DNA from: Glaucostegus cemiculus
Lineage: Eukaryota
DNA: 64,000 nt
Reading direction: 5' to 3'
Assembly: GCA_976551045.1 (NCBI GenBank)
Contig: CDPCPM010000137.1
Location: 248,001-312,000 of the forward strand
Shown here in pieces: positions 12,722 through 26,554 of the stretch. Made by a program: the position numbers and the translations under genes. Positions within the stretch are counted from its first letter, which is position 1, and every line of letters begins with the position of its first letter. The notes under the pieces are model-generated. The model searched no databases. It was not told the origin of the DNA and saw only the letters and a program-made list of their open reading frames with translations.

Positions 12722-12790
12722 AAACAACAGATTCACTAGGAATCAACATGGACATCTACCACAGACAGAAATACATACTCAATAACAGGG
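12722..12790 (+). CDS. CARD19: CARD19 exon 4, linker (KTTDSLGINMDIYHRQKYILNNRG)
   Basis: Branch-like ctaac, then tttcacag| acceptor and |gtaatg donor. Phase 1-1, open frame, ends in NRG like human ELSNRG. Confidence 0.85.
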
Positions 12791-13286
12791 GTAATGTATT
12801 TTTAAAATACAGTATTTTAAAAAACTAAATGAGCAGTTGATACTGTATATGTGTCAGAATATATTGCACTTCCTGTTTATTGTGTTTAATTGCCCTATAT
12901 ATTTTGTCAAAATGATACAAGCAGAAATACTGAGGGGAAGTTTACAAATGTCATTCGTGGAATTACCAATTTTAGCAATGTGAATTCATTAAGTAAACTA
13001 AGGTTTACATCTTTGCCCTTTTGAAGATTTATTTTACCCTGCAATTGTATTAGTAATAATACCTGTGCAACAATTAAAGTTTTCTTTCCTTTCTGAGCTG
13101 TAATTATGTTATGGCTTAAATTACGGTTAGCTGGCAGGTGAAGTTTACGTGGCGCCTGGTCCTGATTGAACCATGGTCTATTTGGTAAACTGTGCAGTAC
13201 CAATTCATATTTATGAAAGAAAAACTGCTTTATGCCAACAAATCTTCAGAATTTTGACAGATTTTTTTCTGTTTTTCTCTAGGCAT

Positions 13287-13668
13287 TGGGTATGTAGCAT
13301 AATGGTCAAGTGACTGTGCTAATAACCTGGGGTCAGCACTATCGATCTGGAGACAAGAGTTTTGCCTCCACACTGACACTTGGGAACTTTACATTTAAAT
13401 AGTGAATTAAATCTGGAATTAAAAATTGGTAATGGTTATCACAGCATTTAAAAACCTATCCCATTAACTGGTCCATTAAGACACAACATCTGCAATCCTT
13501 GCCCAAAACTAACCTAAAAGTGACTCCAAACCCATCAACAGGGTTAATTCTTCACAGTTTTCGGAAATGGTTTAGTTAATCTGTGAGAGTGGTGGAGAGA
13601 TGGTTAGGAATTGGCAATAAATGCCAACCTTGCCAGCCACATCCACATCCTGCAAATAGATTTAAAAA
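13287..13668 (+). mobile_element. tRNA-head SINE with old CR1-group LINE tail
   Basis: Head tagcataatgg; tail ggcaataaatgccaaccttgccagccacatccacatcc matches the tail of the 5855/15690/45240 LINE family. Confidence 0.55.
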
Positions 13669-14714
13669 ATCTCAGCCATTTCATTGCACTTTTATGAGCA
13701 TTTTGATAACTACTGGAATTATATTCATAAAGAGATTTATATTAAAAATATTGCAGATTAAGTGCAACCTTAATAATGATGTGCCTCGTTAGTTCAGGTA
13801 TGTTATTAGCTATTATCGGGTCCCCAACACATATTACATAACTGTTAATTTTACATAACGTGGGTAAATAATATCACAGGTGATATTTATGTCCTCGGAT
13901 TTAATGTTATCTTGCGATTTCACTATGCTATAAATAGTTAATGCTTCATACATGTTTTGATGGCCATTGATATATTCTCTGGATAATATCTTGTAATGTA
14001 CTTGATTTGATTTACTCTAAGACTTAAAATGCATTGCAAAAGTTCACTCCAACCTATTTCCTACAATGAAATGGAAAGAATGAAAGGGCTGGGGTGAATT
14101 TAGAGCCACCTTTGTTGGATAATTTTTGAAGCACTACATTGATTAACGACATCTGTATATTTGTTGGAAGTGTCACAGCCTAGTTTTCTTGAAGAGTTCA
14201 AATCCTTTGACACTGGATAATGTACCCCCTTTCCAATAAAGTAAACCCACAAATGTAACTTTTGCACAAAAACCAGGCAGACAAAAAATGGTGAATCCCA
14301 CTTGTCCAGTACTTTATTGCAAACGGTGATTCCTTGCTAGTTCCAGTTGGGAGAGCAAGATTTTTAAAAAGTGCAAAATACTAACATTTAACTCTTGAAC
14401 CTAAATATATTCTTTCAGTATGTGATAAATTTGATTTGGTTCTGCTAAATGCAAATTTTTACAAATGGAAGGTGTATTTTTTTCATTCATTCACAGGATG
14501 CAGGTATCACTGGCAGGCTGAGTATTTTGTTGCTCATCTTTAAATGAACTTAATGTGAGCCTTGGGCTTCAGAATTCTTAGCTGCTCTCTTGGGCTTGTG
14601 TTATGATTGGCTTTTGAAGTGAACTGTAGCTGACCTGGCACTCAGAATTGAATTTTTAATCTACAATCCAGAATAAATTATATTCTACTGAGTTTCGCAT
14701 TCATCATCTTTCAG

Positions 14715-14786
14715 GTCCTGCATTTTTTCTGGCTTGCTTTAGTGTTGCAGCTGGATTGGCTTTCCTGCTTTATTACTGTAAGGAAG
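14715..14786 (+). CDS. CARD19: CARD19 exon 5, transmembrane segment (GPAFFLACFSVAAGLAFLLYYCKE)
   Basis: Acceptor ctttcag|, donor |gtaagc, 72 nt. Hydrophobic helix aligning to human GPMSFLAGLGLAVGLALLLYCYP. Confidence 0.92.
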
Positions 14787-15669
14787 GTAAGCATTTACAA
14801 GTAAGGAAAGTGATGATTAAAACTAATTTTGGACTGTTGTCTGCCCCAAAGTCTTCAGGCAAATATAAGGTTTCTACTTTTGGCTATTAAACTTACACTG
14901 CAAAAAAAAAAGTCTGAAGATTGCATAGTTTTAGGGCAGCTGCAGTGCCTAACATTTAAGCAACTCATCTATAGGAGCATGACTATGGCAGGGTTTAAAT
15001 GGAGTCCAATTATTTGTTCAATCAAAACTGTGTGGTATGTGAGGAAGGATCTTATGTACTTGAGAAAATTAGGTTATAACAATTAATTAGACTGAGTAGC
15101 AGAATTAGCATATGTATTTCTATTAACAATTTAGGGCTATAAATAACATGGCAGACATAAACTGTCATGCCTTATGCTTGACAAAAACTTGATTTTAAAA
15201 AGCTTCTCAAATAAAGAAAAACACAGCAAAACCTTCTGTAGAGCAGGGACCTGGAAGGAAAGTGGAAAAAACTAAAACACTACTGGGTGAGACAACATTA
15301 TTTCACCAAAATGAAGTGGTATTGAAGGCTTTTAGAAAGGTGATGGCAGTAGGTAGTTTGGAAGAAGTTTGAGAGGGTGTTTTACAGCATAATTGCAGAA
15401 TTTTGAGAATTTTTTTTAAGAAAGCACAGTGGCATAATGATGGATGAATAATCAAACACCAGTGGTGGAATCGAGGAACCAGACATTCAAATGTAGGCAA
15501 CTCTTTGAGGGTGCATGCAGAATACTGTGGCTTGAGCACATTGCTAGGTAGGTACGTGAAAAAGAGAACAAAGATCTTGAAATATATTTGGGGACTCAAG
15601 CTGGTGTTGCCTGGAGGTCATGACAGGTGATTGACGAGGAGTTTGTGATTTTTTTTAAACGTATTGATT

Positions 15670-18600
15670 TTTTTTGGGACGAGAACATCATAGGCAAGGC
15701 CAGCATTTATTGTCCTTTGCTAGTGAGCCACTACCTTGAACCATTGCAGTCTTTCTGATGGAGGCACTCCCAGCGTGGTGCTGAGCAGGGAAGTCTGGTG
15801 ATGATGAAAGGACAGATATTGGTTTACCAAGTCAGTATGATGTACACCTTGGAGGGGAACTCACAGATGGTGGTGCTCCCATGCATTTGAAAGGTTTATC
15901 TTCTCTAGTGGTAGAGATTGTGCATTTGAGAGAAGCCATCTGAGTAGCCAAGGAAACCATGGTGCATTTTGTAAATGGTACACACTGCAGCTATAATGCC
16001 CATTCGTAAGTGAAATGCATGTTTAAGTGGTGAATGATATGCAAATCAAAAAGGTTGCATGATGGTGTTGAGCTTCTTTATTGTTGTGGAGCTGCAGTCA
16101 TGCAGCAGATGCGAACTTCAACGTGCCTCTGACGTGATGTGTAGATGGTAGCAAGGCTTTGGCACCTCAGGACATATCTCTCACCTCTTCTTGTAGCCAA
16201 AGTATTTACATGGCTGGTCCAGTTGAGTGACCACTAGGATATTGTTGGGGCAGGAGTTGGTAAAATCAGCAAACATCCCCATTTCTGATTTTATGATGGA
16301 AGAAAGGTGATTATTGAGGCAGCTGAAGGTGGTTGGGCAAGGACACTGCCCTGAAAGTCTCCTGCGGTAATGTTCTGGGACTGCGATGACCTCCAACAGC
16401 CCCAACTATCTTTGTGCACGGAATGACTCCAGCCATTGGAGTGCATTCCTTTTGATGTCCAATGACTTCAATTTTACCAGTGCTCCTTAGTTCCACAATT
16501 GGTCACTTACTGCCTTGATATCAAGGGCAGCATTTAGTCTGTGTTTGGACCAAAGGTTTGATAAGCTCTGGAGCCATGCGGTCCTGCTAAACTCCAAACT
16601 GGGCATCGGTGAGCTAGCTATCACATAGAACATGGAACAGTACAGCACAGAACAGGCCCTTCGGCCCACAATGTTGTGCTGACATAGTGATTCCCTCCTA
16701 CCTACAGAATGCCCATTTTCCTCTCATTCATGTGCCCATCCAAGACCCTCTTAAAAGCTGCCAATGAATTTGCCTCCACCACCCTATCAGACAACACATT
16801 CTAGGCATCCTTCACTCTCTCAGTAAAAAACGTACTCCTCATGTCTGTTCTGAACCGACCTCCTCTCATCTTAAATGCATGCCCTCTGGTATTGGATCGC
16901 TCAATAATGGGAAAAAGATGTTGCTTGTCTACCCTATCTATGCCTCTTATAATTTTATACACTTACAACAGATCACCCCTCAGCCTTCGCTGCTGCAGAG
17001 AAAAGAGTCCACATTTGTCCAGTATCTCCTGATAGCACATGCCCTCTAATCCAGGCAGCATCCTAGTAAACCTCCTCTGCACTCTCTCTAAAGCCTCGAC
17101 ATCCTTCCTAGAGTGAGGTGACCAGAATTGCACGCAATACTCTAAATGCAGCCTAACCAGAGTTCTATAGAGACGCATCGTAACTTCTTGACTCCTATAC
17201 TCATTACCTCGATTAATGAATGCAAGCATTCCATAAGCCTTCTTAACCACCCTGCCTACCTGTGTAGCCACTTTCAATGAGCCATGGACTTGCACCCCAA
17301 GGTCTCTCTGCTCTTAAACACTGCTAAGGGTCTTGCCCTTAAGAGTGTACTGCCTCTTGACATTAGTCCTACCAAGGTGCAACACCTTACATTTATCTGG
17401 GTTAAATGCCATCTGCCATTTTTCTGCCCACATCTGCAGCTGATCTATATCACGCTGTTTCCATCACCAGTCTTCTACACCGTTCACAACTCCACCAATT
17501 TTGGTATCATCTGCAAACTTAGTATCCCATCCATCAACATACTCATCCAGGTCATTCCTGTATATCACAAACAACAAAGGTCCCAGCACAGATCCCTGTG
17601 GAACACCAGTACTCACACGCCCCCAGCTCGAATAAGTCCCTTCAACCACCACCCTTTGTCTTCTACAGGCAAGACAGTTCTGGATTCACACAGCCAATTC
17701 TCCACTGACTCCATGCATCTGAACTTTCTTGATTAACTGATTATGTGGGACCTTGTTATTGAAGAGTAAATGTAAATGTTGTTTGTAGCATCATCAAAAA
17801 CAGCTTCCATTCCTTTCTGGTGTTTGGGAATAGACTGATTGGGCAGTAATTAGCCAGGTCAAGTTTGTCCTGTTTTTTGAGAACTTGAAATACCTAGGCA
17901 ATTTTCCACCTAGTTTGGTAGACACCATTATCATTACTGTACTAGAATGGTTTAGCTAAAAGGGTAGCTAGTTTTGGAGCGCAGGTCTTCTGTATTAGAA
18001 TTAATATGTTGTCTGGTGCCGTAGCTCTTACCCTGCTCTCAGCTGATTCTTCTTATCACAAGGAGTGAAATGAGTTGGTTGAAGACTGGTCTCTGTGTTG
18101 ATTGGGGGGATCTCAGGAGGAATCTGAGATGGATCATTCACTCAGCACTTCTGGCTGAACATTGCTGTGAATGCTTGAGCCTTGTCTTTGTCACTCACAT
18201 GCAGGGCCTCACAGTCATGATGATGGTGATGTCTTGGAACTGTCTCCTCCCATTTGCTGCTGACTTGTCCACCGCCCTTCATGCTTAGACATGGAAGGTC
18301 TGTCGGGCTTTGGTCTGATCCAGTCCTTGTGGAATTGCTTAGCCCTGTCTGCTGCAAGTTGTTATTGCTGATCAGCACACATGTGGTCCCATGTTGCAGT
18401 CTCTCCTGGTTGTCCCCACTTCATTTTTAGGTATTTCTGGAACTGTTCTTAGCAAGCCCTTCTGTTCCCTTAATTGAACTAGGGTTGATCCTCTGCCTTG
18501 ATAATAATGGTCGAATGGGGTATACGCTAGGCCAAGAGCTTACAGAGTGTGGTGGTATTACCATACCTGCAGCAGACATGCCACAGCAGCTCGTGGATGC

Positions 18601-18780
18601 TCAGTTCTGAGGTGCCTGATCCATTCTTAATCATTTGCAGAACATTTGACTGCAACACCACTAAACATGATGCAAGGTGTCCTTGACATGACAGTCTCCA
18701 CAAGGACTGCGGGGTGGTCATAGATGCATAGATAGGTTGGTGAAGATGAGCTGAAGGTTTACCACTTGTGTTGAGTTGCA
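15670..18780 (-). mobile_element. old CR1-group LINE, interrupted by a younger CR1 at 16624-17755
   Basis: Tail at about 15690; RT remnants (ALDIKA, MFAD) at 16270-16530; resumes at about 17756 with KAQAFTAMFSQKC. Confidence 0.65.
16624..17755 (-). mobile_element. CR1 LINE 3' fragment (RT C-terminus and tail)
   Basis: GVPQGSVLGPLLF, KFADDTK and LEYCVQFWSP motifs; tail catagaacatggaacagtacagcacag. Confidence 0.9.
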
Positions 18781-19569
18781 ACGGGGGGATTTGAGATTAA
18801 CTAGAACAACAACTGAGAAAGGAAATTGAAGTGATAATTAGAATTAGGATTTAGAACAGTCACAAGTGAAGTTACAAAGATAGAAGAAAGTTGCCTTGGT
18901 AATATGCGTAAAGCAGCATATAACTAAATAATTTAAAACTTTATTGTTGCTATGCCAATTGTGTTTTGAAAGTGTCAGTACAACCATCTTTCCCCTTGCC
19001 ACTTACATTATTTGCTACAGAACTCAGAAGGATTTGAAGACTCTTTAATAAACCTCCCCTGCCATAACACTGGACAACACTTGATCCGAAGGGCCTGTTT
19101 TGTGCTGTATTGTTCTATGGTTAATAGATCAGGTTGCCAGTTATTTTTGCAATTTTGTTTTTTTTAACCAGAGGTGGGAGACAAAAAGTTGAAATGCGTA
19201 AGTGTATTTTATGCTCAAGTTTACCTGTTCTTTCACACTTTCAGCTGATGTCGAAACTTATTAAAATAGGTTAAATAATAAGATTAGTCTTTTATTCACT
19301 ATCACCACACAGCCATAAGCCATTCACTGCTGATGAAATGCTATAATACTTAGAAGAGATTGTATTTTAGTAATGCAATGAATTAATTGCATTCATTCAT
19401 TGCTAATGAATTAATTGCAGGTCAGTTTCTCCTTGTTTATTTTATTTATGGCAAATATAAATTCATAGATTGTTTAGAAAATTAATTCCTTAAAGTTGGG
19501 AATCAGATCAGCAATTTCCACGTTTAGAATTGACATTGCATTGTGACATCTTTATCATTCTATCTGCAG

Positions 19570-19685
19570 ATACCAAAATTGAAAGTGCTGCAAAGAAAAT
19601 TGTAGGATTTTCTTACCTCGGTTTTGGAAGAAGAGCAAGAAGATACTTGTTAGCGTACCTTGAAGACCAATCAAAGAGGAACTAA
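19570..19685 (+). CDS. CARD19: CARD19 exon 6, C-terminus (DTKIESAAKKIVGFSYLGFGRRARRYLLAYLEDQSKRN*)
   Basis: Acceptor tatctgcag|, TAA at 19683-19685. Aligns to human TRRVLGFSPVIIDRHVSRYLLAFLADD. Confidence 0.92.
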
Positions 19686-22600
19686 TGATAATTACCCATT
19701 TAAGAGATTAGCATATCGATGTCATGTTAAAATGTCTGGCAATACATGCACTTCCATTTTCCAGGACAGCTCTTATGCTGATACCAAAGAGATAACATTT
19801 TCTATTTGTACATGAAGTATATGCACTTGCCATGTTATTGCTACAGGTCAGCACTTGTGGGCCATAAACCTCAAAGAAGTCAATGATATAGTAAACAAAT
19901 ATTAAGAAATGCATGTGGCTTCCACCTCCTGTGCTGTCACAGTGCTGGCTGATATGCATAACAGCTATCCAGTTGTTTTTAATGAAAATACTGTAAGATT
20001 TAAGTCAACCATTTTGGATAGTTTATTGAACTCCAGTTGGTAAACTTTCCAAGTGTTTAGGCTTTGCAATGAATGTTACTTTCTGAATTTTTTGTTATTT
20101 CCCTAGATAAGTTGAAAACTTCCAATGATATTGGTGCCATAGGTACAGTTACAAGGCAATTAAATGACCAGAAGTGTGTGCAGACACTTTCTGCTTGCAT
20201 AGATAAGAATGAGGAATGAGAGCAGAAGCTAATTCAAATCTGCTCAAGCAATGAGTTGTAGCCATCTTCTATTACCTATCTTTTATATGAAAAGGTGGCT
20301 GTCCTCAGAAAATTCTCATTCTTTGTTGCTTACATCAATACTGCTAAATATCAAAGGGGGGGAAACAATCAACATTAAGCTGCAATTTTAGAAAAAGGGA
20401 AATTGGCTTAGATTTATCCAAGTAGGACCCACCATCTTCACATTCACCACTTACCCAAAACTTCCCCTCTTGGATCTGGAAGAATGATCTCATTGGCCTT
20501 AATGCACCTGAAGCTGAGTAGCAAGGCCCTGCTTGGTGACAGAACCTTGAATGATGTAACTGGTCACATGGGTGGGTCAGAACAAGCTCCACCCATGAAA
20601 CTCCACTGGAAGTTTTTGATGGAGAGTAGAACAGAAAGAGCAATTAAAAACACTAAAACACTTCTGAATAATTAAAAACCAATTAAACCATAAATAAATA
20701 TCTTTTAAAAATCGTAAATTACCTTATTCTTGGCTTTGTTCTCAGTAGCCCTACAATCTTGATTCAAATCAATGTTGTGAGAACAGAACCCACAATGTGG
20801 GCGCAGGGAAATCTCAGCAAGCTCTGACATCCTCAGCTGAAGTTACTGCTGGAGCTCGACCAGTAAGATCGGGACTTTCTAATCCCTGTGCCAGTCTTGC
20901 CATTTGCTGGCAGTTCTACATGGCAATGCGCAGTGAAATCCAGGCCAATGGAACCTTGGCAATGATTCAGTAGAGTGCCTGCAGTGTTAGGAAGATCTGG
21001 ACTTTTGGTGGAAAGAGGACTGTAAATCCATTTGTTAGAGGTGTTAAATGAATTCTTGGAGACTGGGAAAGCCTGCAAGGTCCAGCAGCATGACAGCAAC
21101 CTGCCCACGAATGACCTACTTCACTGATGCTGACAAGTTCTTCATTGTCAACTTGAACATGGACTCAAATAATTAGTTTAAAAAGGCATTCTGACACGTT
21201 CTTATGCTAACTTATAAGTTCTAAAGCTCCTACCTCGACATACCGTAATGGATCCTTCTGTACGGAGGTTCTGACTGTTGGCTATCTCTGCTGCACTATT
21301 TCTACAGCTAAACATTTGGATCTATTGCCATCCTGTATGAAGTTGTCTATAAAAGTTAAATTACAGATCAGCTCTTATCCACAATCACTTCACTGCTTTT
21401 CAGGAGCTTGAACCATGGCACAGGCACAGGACTGAAGGCTTCCCATTAAAAATAATCTGCAAATTATGCATTTTCTGATGAGAAAGTATTAATTTACCTT
21501 TTGTAACTTAGAAACCGTTTCCCTTGAGCAGGTCAAACAAGATATTTAACAGGAATTATGAAGTTGAAACTTTTATTTATGCAATTGCCTAATGTACTTT
21601 TTAATCTCAATTTTATATTTAATATTGCAGCTGATAATCATTATATTCCAGTAATTAAGTGCATGACTTTTATTCAGCAATTTTCATGTTGTTGCTACTA
21701 TAAATACATTTAATGGGAAGCATTCTCAGATCAGAATCATAACTTGTAAACAAATGATGCAGCCTCATTTTAAGGATTAGATACATTTTTTGCAGTCCCA
21801 GTTATTTCCATTAAATGGTAGATTGGTAGAGTTTGTAAAATTTGTTTAGACAATGTAAAGATTCATATTGTCTTGCATCCTGCATAAAGATGTGGTTATT
21901 CTGTGGTCTTATTTTGAGCTGTAAGGTGCTGGAAACTTTAATCTTTTTGACTTCAGGGAATTCATGGAATAACACTGTTGTTCATTTTGAAATAGTGAGG
22001 TCAGGGAAATGTCAAGTACATTTGACATTTCTCATGGAACACAGGGATCTTGTCTTGAACCAGGACAATAAATCAGGAATTAGAAAATGTAAGGCATTAA
22101 AGTTGAATGGTTTGAACGTCTGTCCTGGTGCATAATTCTATTTTTATTAAATACATGTTTAATATTAAATTTGATTGCTTCTTGTAACTATTTTGTGATA
22201 TATTATACTATGCAAGGACATTTGCTTAATAATAGGATGTGAGTAACACAGAGCTTCTTCTGTTACTATTATGAAGGGAGAGGCAAGTGTCTTTGTTCAT
22301 CGTCTGGGTGTTAAGATTGTTGAAAGAAAGTGACCAAAGAGCATCAATGAGGCAGGGAATAGCTATTAAAAAGAGTATTAATATTATTGGGGCTGTGCTT
22401 AATTATGAAAAAAGATGAATGCAGTGTTGGAGCAGGTCAGGAATAGAAACAGACTAGCATGCAGGCAAGCAGGAGAGGTCTGGGGGATGCATGTTACATT
22501 TGTGAAGTTATCTCCAGCAGCATTAATCAAGGCCCAGACAAAACCACCAGTCATAAACCAATTACTGTGATGTATTTGGCAGTACCATTATGGTCCAAGG

Positions 22601-23180
22601 TTTCCTTAAAGGAGCATTCTGTCATTAACGGGAGTCTAGGCATGAGCAGTATTATAGTAATATGGAGGCAAATCTCTGGAATTCTTTGGCTTTGTCCCTA
22701 CTCCCTTATCAACTGGCACATTTTCAAAGTAAAGTTGCTGAGGTCTTCTTTTGATATTGGTACCTCAAACCTTGAGCTAGTAATTGAAATGATGTCATCA
22801 TCCCAGTGTCTTGCAGATCAGTTGTTTTTCCACAAACATGTTTGCATCAATTGGAACGTAAAAAAGGGAAAAACATGAATGTGTGAATCCAAAGAGTTAA
22901 CCAGATTATGCAAGAAAATGAAATGAATGCAGAACGTGATGTATGAGTGTGCACAATGTCAATGTCACCTCAGGGTTTGTTTAATCTTTTTTTCTCAATT
23001 TAGCAAGACTAAAAACCAAGCTTCATTATGAGCATTTGTAATTAGCAATAAATAAGATGCTTGTCAACAAGTCATGTGTATGGTACTATGTCAACATTCA
23101 GACTCTGGAAAACAGTGAAACATTCCAATGAAAGAATAAACTTCAGCTTGCGAGTAATCAACTTTGAAAATGGTAATTAC

Positions 23181-23475
23181 AGATAAGATATTTATTAGTC
23201 ACGTGTACATTGAAACACACAGTAAATTCGTCTTTTTGCATTGCTAAAAATGTGCTGGGGGCAGCCCGCAAGTGTTTCCAGTTTTCCAGCACCAACATAG
23301 CATGCCCATAGTTCCTAACCTGTACATCTTTGGAATGTGGGAGGAAACCAGAGCACCTGGAGGAAACCCACGCAGTCACAGGAAGAACATACAAACTCTT
23401 TGCAGGCAGCAGCAGGAATTGAACCCAGGTTGCTGGTGCTGTAATAGTATTACGCCAACCGCTATGCTACTGTAC
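23181..23475 (-). mobile_element. V-domain SINE, full length
   Basis: Same family as 2451-2746. Confidence 0.88.
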
Positions 23476-23529
23476 ACTTGCATCTCTCTAATATGACAAG
23501 TAACATTACTCAGCTCTATAATTCTTAAA

Positions 23530-26020
23530 TGATCATAGAAGCATAGAAAGAGATAGCACAGAAACAAACCCTTACAGTCTACCTTGGCCATGGCGACTGC
23601 GATACCAGCTACACAAATCCCATTTACTTGCATAGACCTGTATTCCTATACTCCTTTCTTATCCAATCACCTGTCCAAATGGCTTTGAAACATGTAGTGT
23701 CTGCCTTCTCTGGCAGCTCATTCCAAATATTCAGCACCCTCAGTGTGAAAACATACCCCTCAGATTTCCTTTAAACTTCTCCCTTCTCACCTTAAACCTG
23801 GGCCCTCTAATTCTAGACTCAGCCCTGGGAAAAATCATGGTTTTTGTACCATCCCAGGAATCAGTCCAGTGAACCTTTATTGCACTCCCTTTATGACATG
23901 TATATTTTTTCTCAGGTAACAAGACCAAACTGCACACAATGCCCCAGATATGGTCTCACCAAGGCCCTCTATAATTGAGGCAAAATCCTTGCTCCTATTG
24001 TCAAAACTTCTCCCAATGAAGGCCAGCATAGAATTTGCCTTTTAACTGCTTACTGCAGCTGCACATTGGCTGGTGTACAATGAAACCCTTTTTCCATTGT
24101 TCATCAACACAACACAATCTTTCACCACTTAAATAATGCTCTACCTTTCCATTTTGCAAACAGACAAGAACAACCCCTCATTTATCTACATTATACTGCA
24201 TCTGCCATGTACTTGCCACTCACTTAATTCATTTACATCATCTTGAGGTCTCTGTGTCCTGCCGTCAATCCCACAAGTTTCATCACATTGGCAAACTTAA
24301 AAATATGGCATTTAGTTTCCTGATTCAAATCTTTGAAATATACTGTGAGCAGCTGGGGCCTGAGTGCTGACCCCTGCAGTACCACACTTGTCTCTTCCTG
24401 CCATCCCAAACTACTTTCTGCTTTAGGGTCGTCATACAATTTCCAATCCATGCCAGTATAATACCCCCAATCTCGTGTGCTTTAGTTTGCACATTAACCT
24501 TTTATGTGGCACTTTATCAAAGGCCCTCCTGAAAATCCAAATACTATTCGACAAATTACATCCACAAAAAAAACCTGCATTGATCTCTCATAAATCCATG
24601 TTGAACTTTGAATTGGTTTATTATTGTCACTTGTACCGAGGTACAATGAAAAGCGCACCTTGCATACCGTTAGTACAGATCAATTCATTACACAGTGCAT
24701 TGAGATAGTAAAGGTAAAACAATACAGAATGCAGAGTAAAGTGTAACAGTTACAGAGAGTGTGCAGTGCAGGTAGAAAATAAGGTGCAAGGTCATAATGA
24801 GGAAGATTGTGAGGTCAAGAGTCCATCTCATCATATAAGGGAACCATTCAATAGTCTTATAACAGCAGGATAGAAGCTGTCCTTGAGCATGGTGGTACGT
24901 GCTTTCAGGCATTTGTATCTTCTGCCTGATGGGAGAGGGGAGAAGAGAAGAGAGAATCACCTGGGTAGGTGGGGTCCTTGATTATGCTGGCTGCTTTACC
25001 GAGGCAGCGGGAGATGTAGACAGAGTTGGAGGGGAGGCTGGTTTCTGTAATGTGCTGAGCTGTGTCCAGAACTGTGCAGTTTCTTGTGGTTCCAGGCAGA
25101 GCAGTTGCCATACCAAGCCGTGATGCATCCAGGTAGGATGCCTTCTGTGGTGAGTGTCAAGGGGGACGTGCTAAATTTCTTTAGCATTCTGAAGAAGTAG
25201 AGGCGCTGGTGAGCTTTCTTGGCCTGTCCATGTGGTCGGACCAGGATTGATGATGTTCACTCCTAGGAATTCTAAGCTGTCAACCCTCTCGACCTCAGCA
25301 CAGTTGATATAGAGAGGTTGCACGTACACTGTCCCCCTTCCTGAAGTCAATGACCAGCTCTTTCACTGACATTGAGGAAAAGGTTGTTGTCATGACACCA
25401 TCTCACTAAGCTCATGCAATTCCATTGATATTTTCTAAGAGTTCTGTTATCACATTCATAAAAGACTCTGCATTTTCCCCACCATCTTTTTGAAGATAAC
25501 TAATCTGCACCTCCCTGTTTTCCCTCTCTCTCTTTTTTTTAAAGAATGAATGGTGAGTTTACACTTGCCACCATCCAATCCGCAGGAACTATTCCATTAT
25601 CCATAGGATGGCAACCAATATACCACTACTTCCTTGGTTACCTCTTTAGTAGTTTTGGATACAGATTATCGGGCCTCTGGGGATTTACCACTTACAGTGT
25701 CATTAATTTCTGCAGCAGTGGTATTTTACTCATGACAATTTCATCTATATTAGACTCTTGTTTTCTCTCATTTCTGGGAAATTATTTGTGTCCCAAAGTA
25801 TTTGTAAATTTCTTCTTCCCCATTATACATTCTCCTGTTTTGGACTGTAAGGGACCTATATTTGTCTTCATAAATCTTTTTTTAAAAAATCCTTATAGAA
25901 ACTTTAACAGTCCATCCACTGTTTGTTCTTGTGAGTTTACTCTTGCAATCTTTTGGTCTGTTAATCAATCTCCTGGTCCTTCTTGCTGAATTCTAAACTG
26001 CTCTCAACCTTCACGCTTCC
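23530..26020 (-). mobile_element. degenerate CR1 fragments, interrupted by a Rex/Babar element at 24607-25415
   Basis: CR1 tail at 23530-23600, VLQGSALRPQL and KFANV remnants at 24280-24390, ORF2 remnants at 25420-26020. Confidence 0.65.
24607..25415 (-). mobile_element. Rex1/Babar-type LINE 3' fragment
   Basis: CITAWYGNCSA and SRCLGKAASIIKDP peptides; 3'UTR is the reverse complement of 33440-33660. Confidence 0.82.
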
Positions 26021-26554
26021 ACTTTGGCATCGAGTTCTGGATTCAGATTCTGTACTATTCTACAGAACAATGTAATTTAGCCATTTCATCTGCTCAATGA
26101 CCTATAGTTAGGCTCTTTTAATGTACAATAGAGTCAAATAGAAGCTGGATAACAACTAAATGTGCATCAAAACCTACTTTTATTGTATATGCTAGAAAAA
26201 AATATTTAGAGAGCTGAATTGAAAATGATTGCTCTTGACATCAAGGCAACATTTGTTTGATTGCAGCATCAAGGGAACCCTAGTAAAACTGAACAAGGGT
26301 AGATGGTTGTACTTGTTGGTGGATGATAATCTCAGCTCTGGACTATCACTGCAGGAGTTTCTTAGGATTCTCTGACAGTGTCCTACTCCTAACCATCTTC
26401 AGCTACGACATTAACAACCTTCCAGAGGTCATAAGGGACCTTTGCTGTGGAGTCCACAATGTTTAATAACAATTCCTAACTTTGCAGGTAATAAACCAAT
26501 TTGTTCTCACATATAGCAGGTCCTGAACATCATTCAAGCTTGGACTGATAGTAC

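Noticed and set aside
21230-21305. Minus-strand NSAAEIA, reminiscent of NINJ1 KSAAESM
   Set aside because: The flanking residues do not match and there is no hydrophobic segment.
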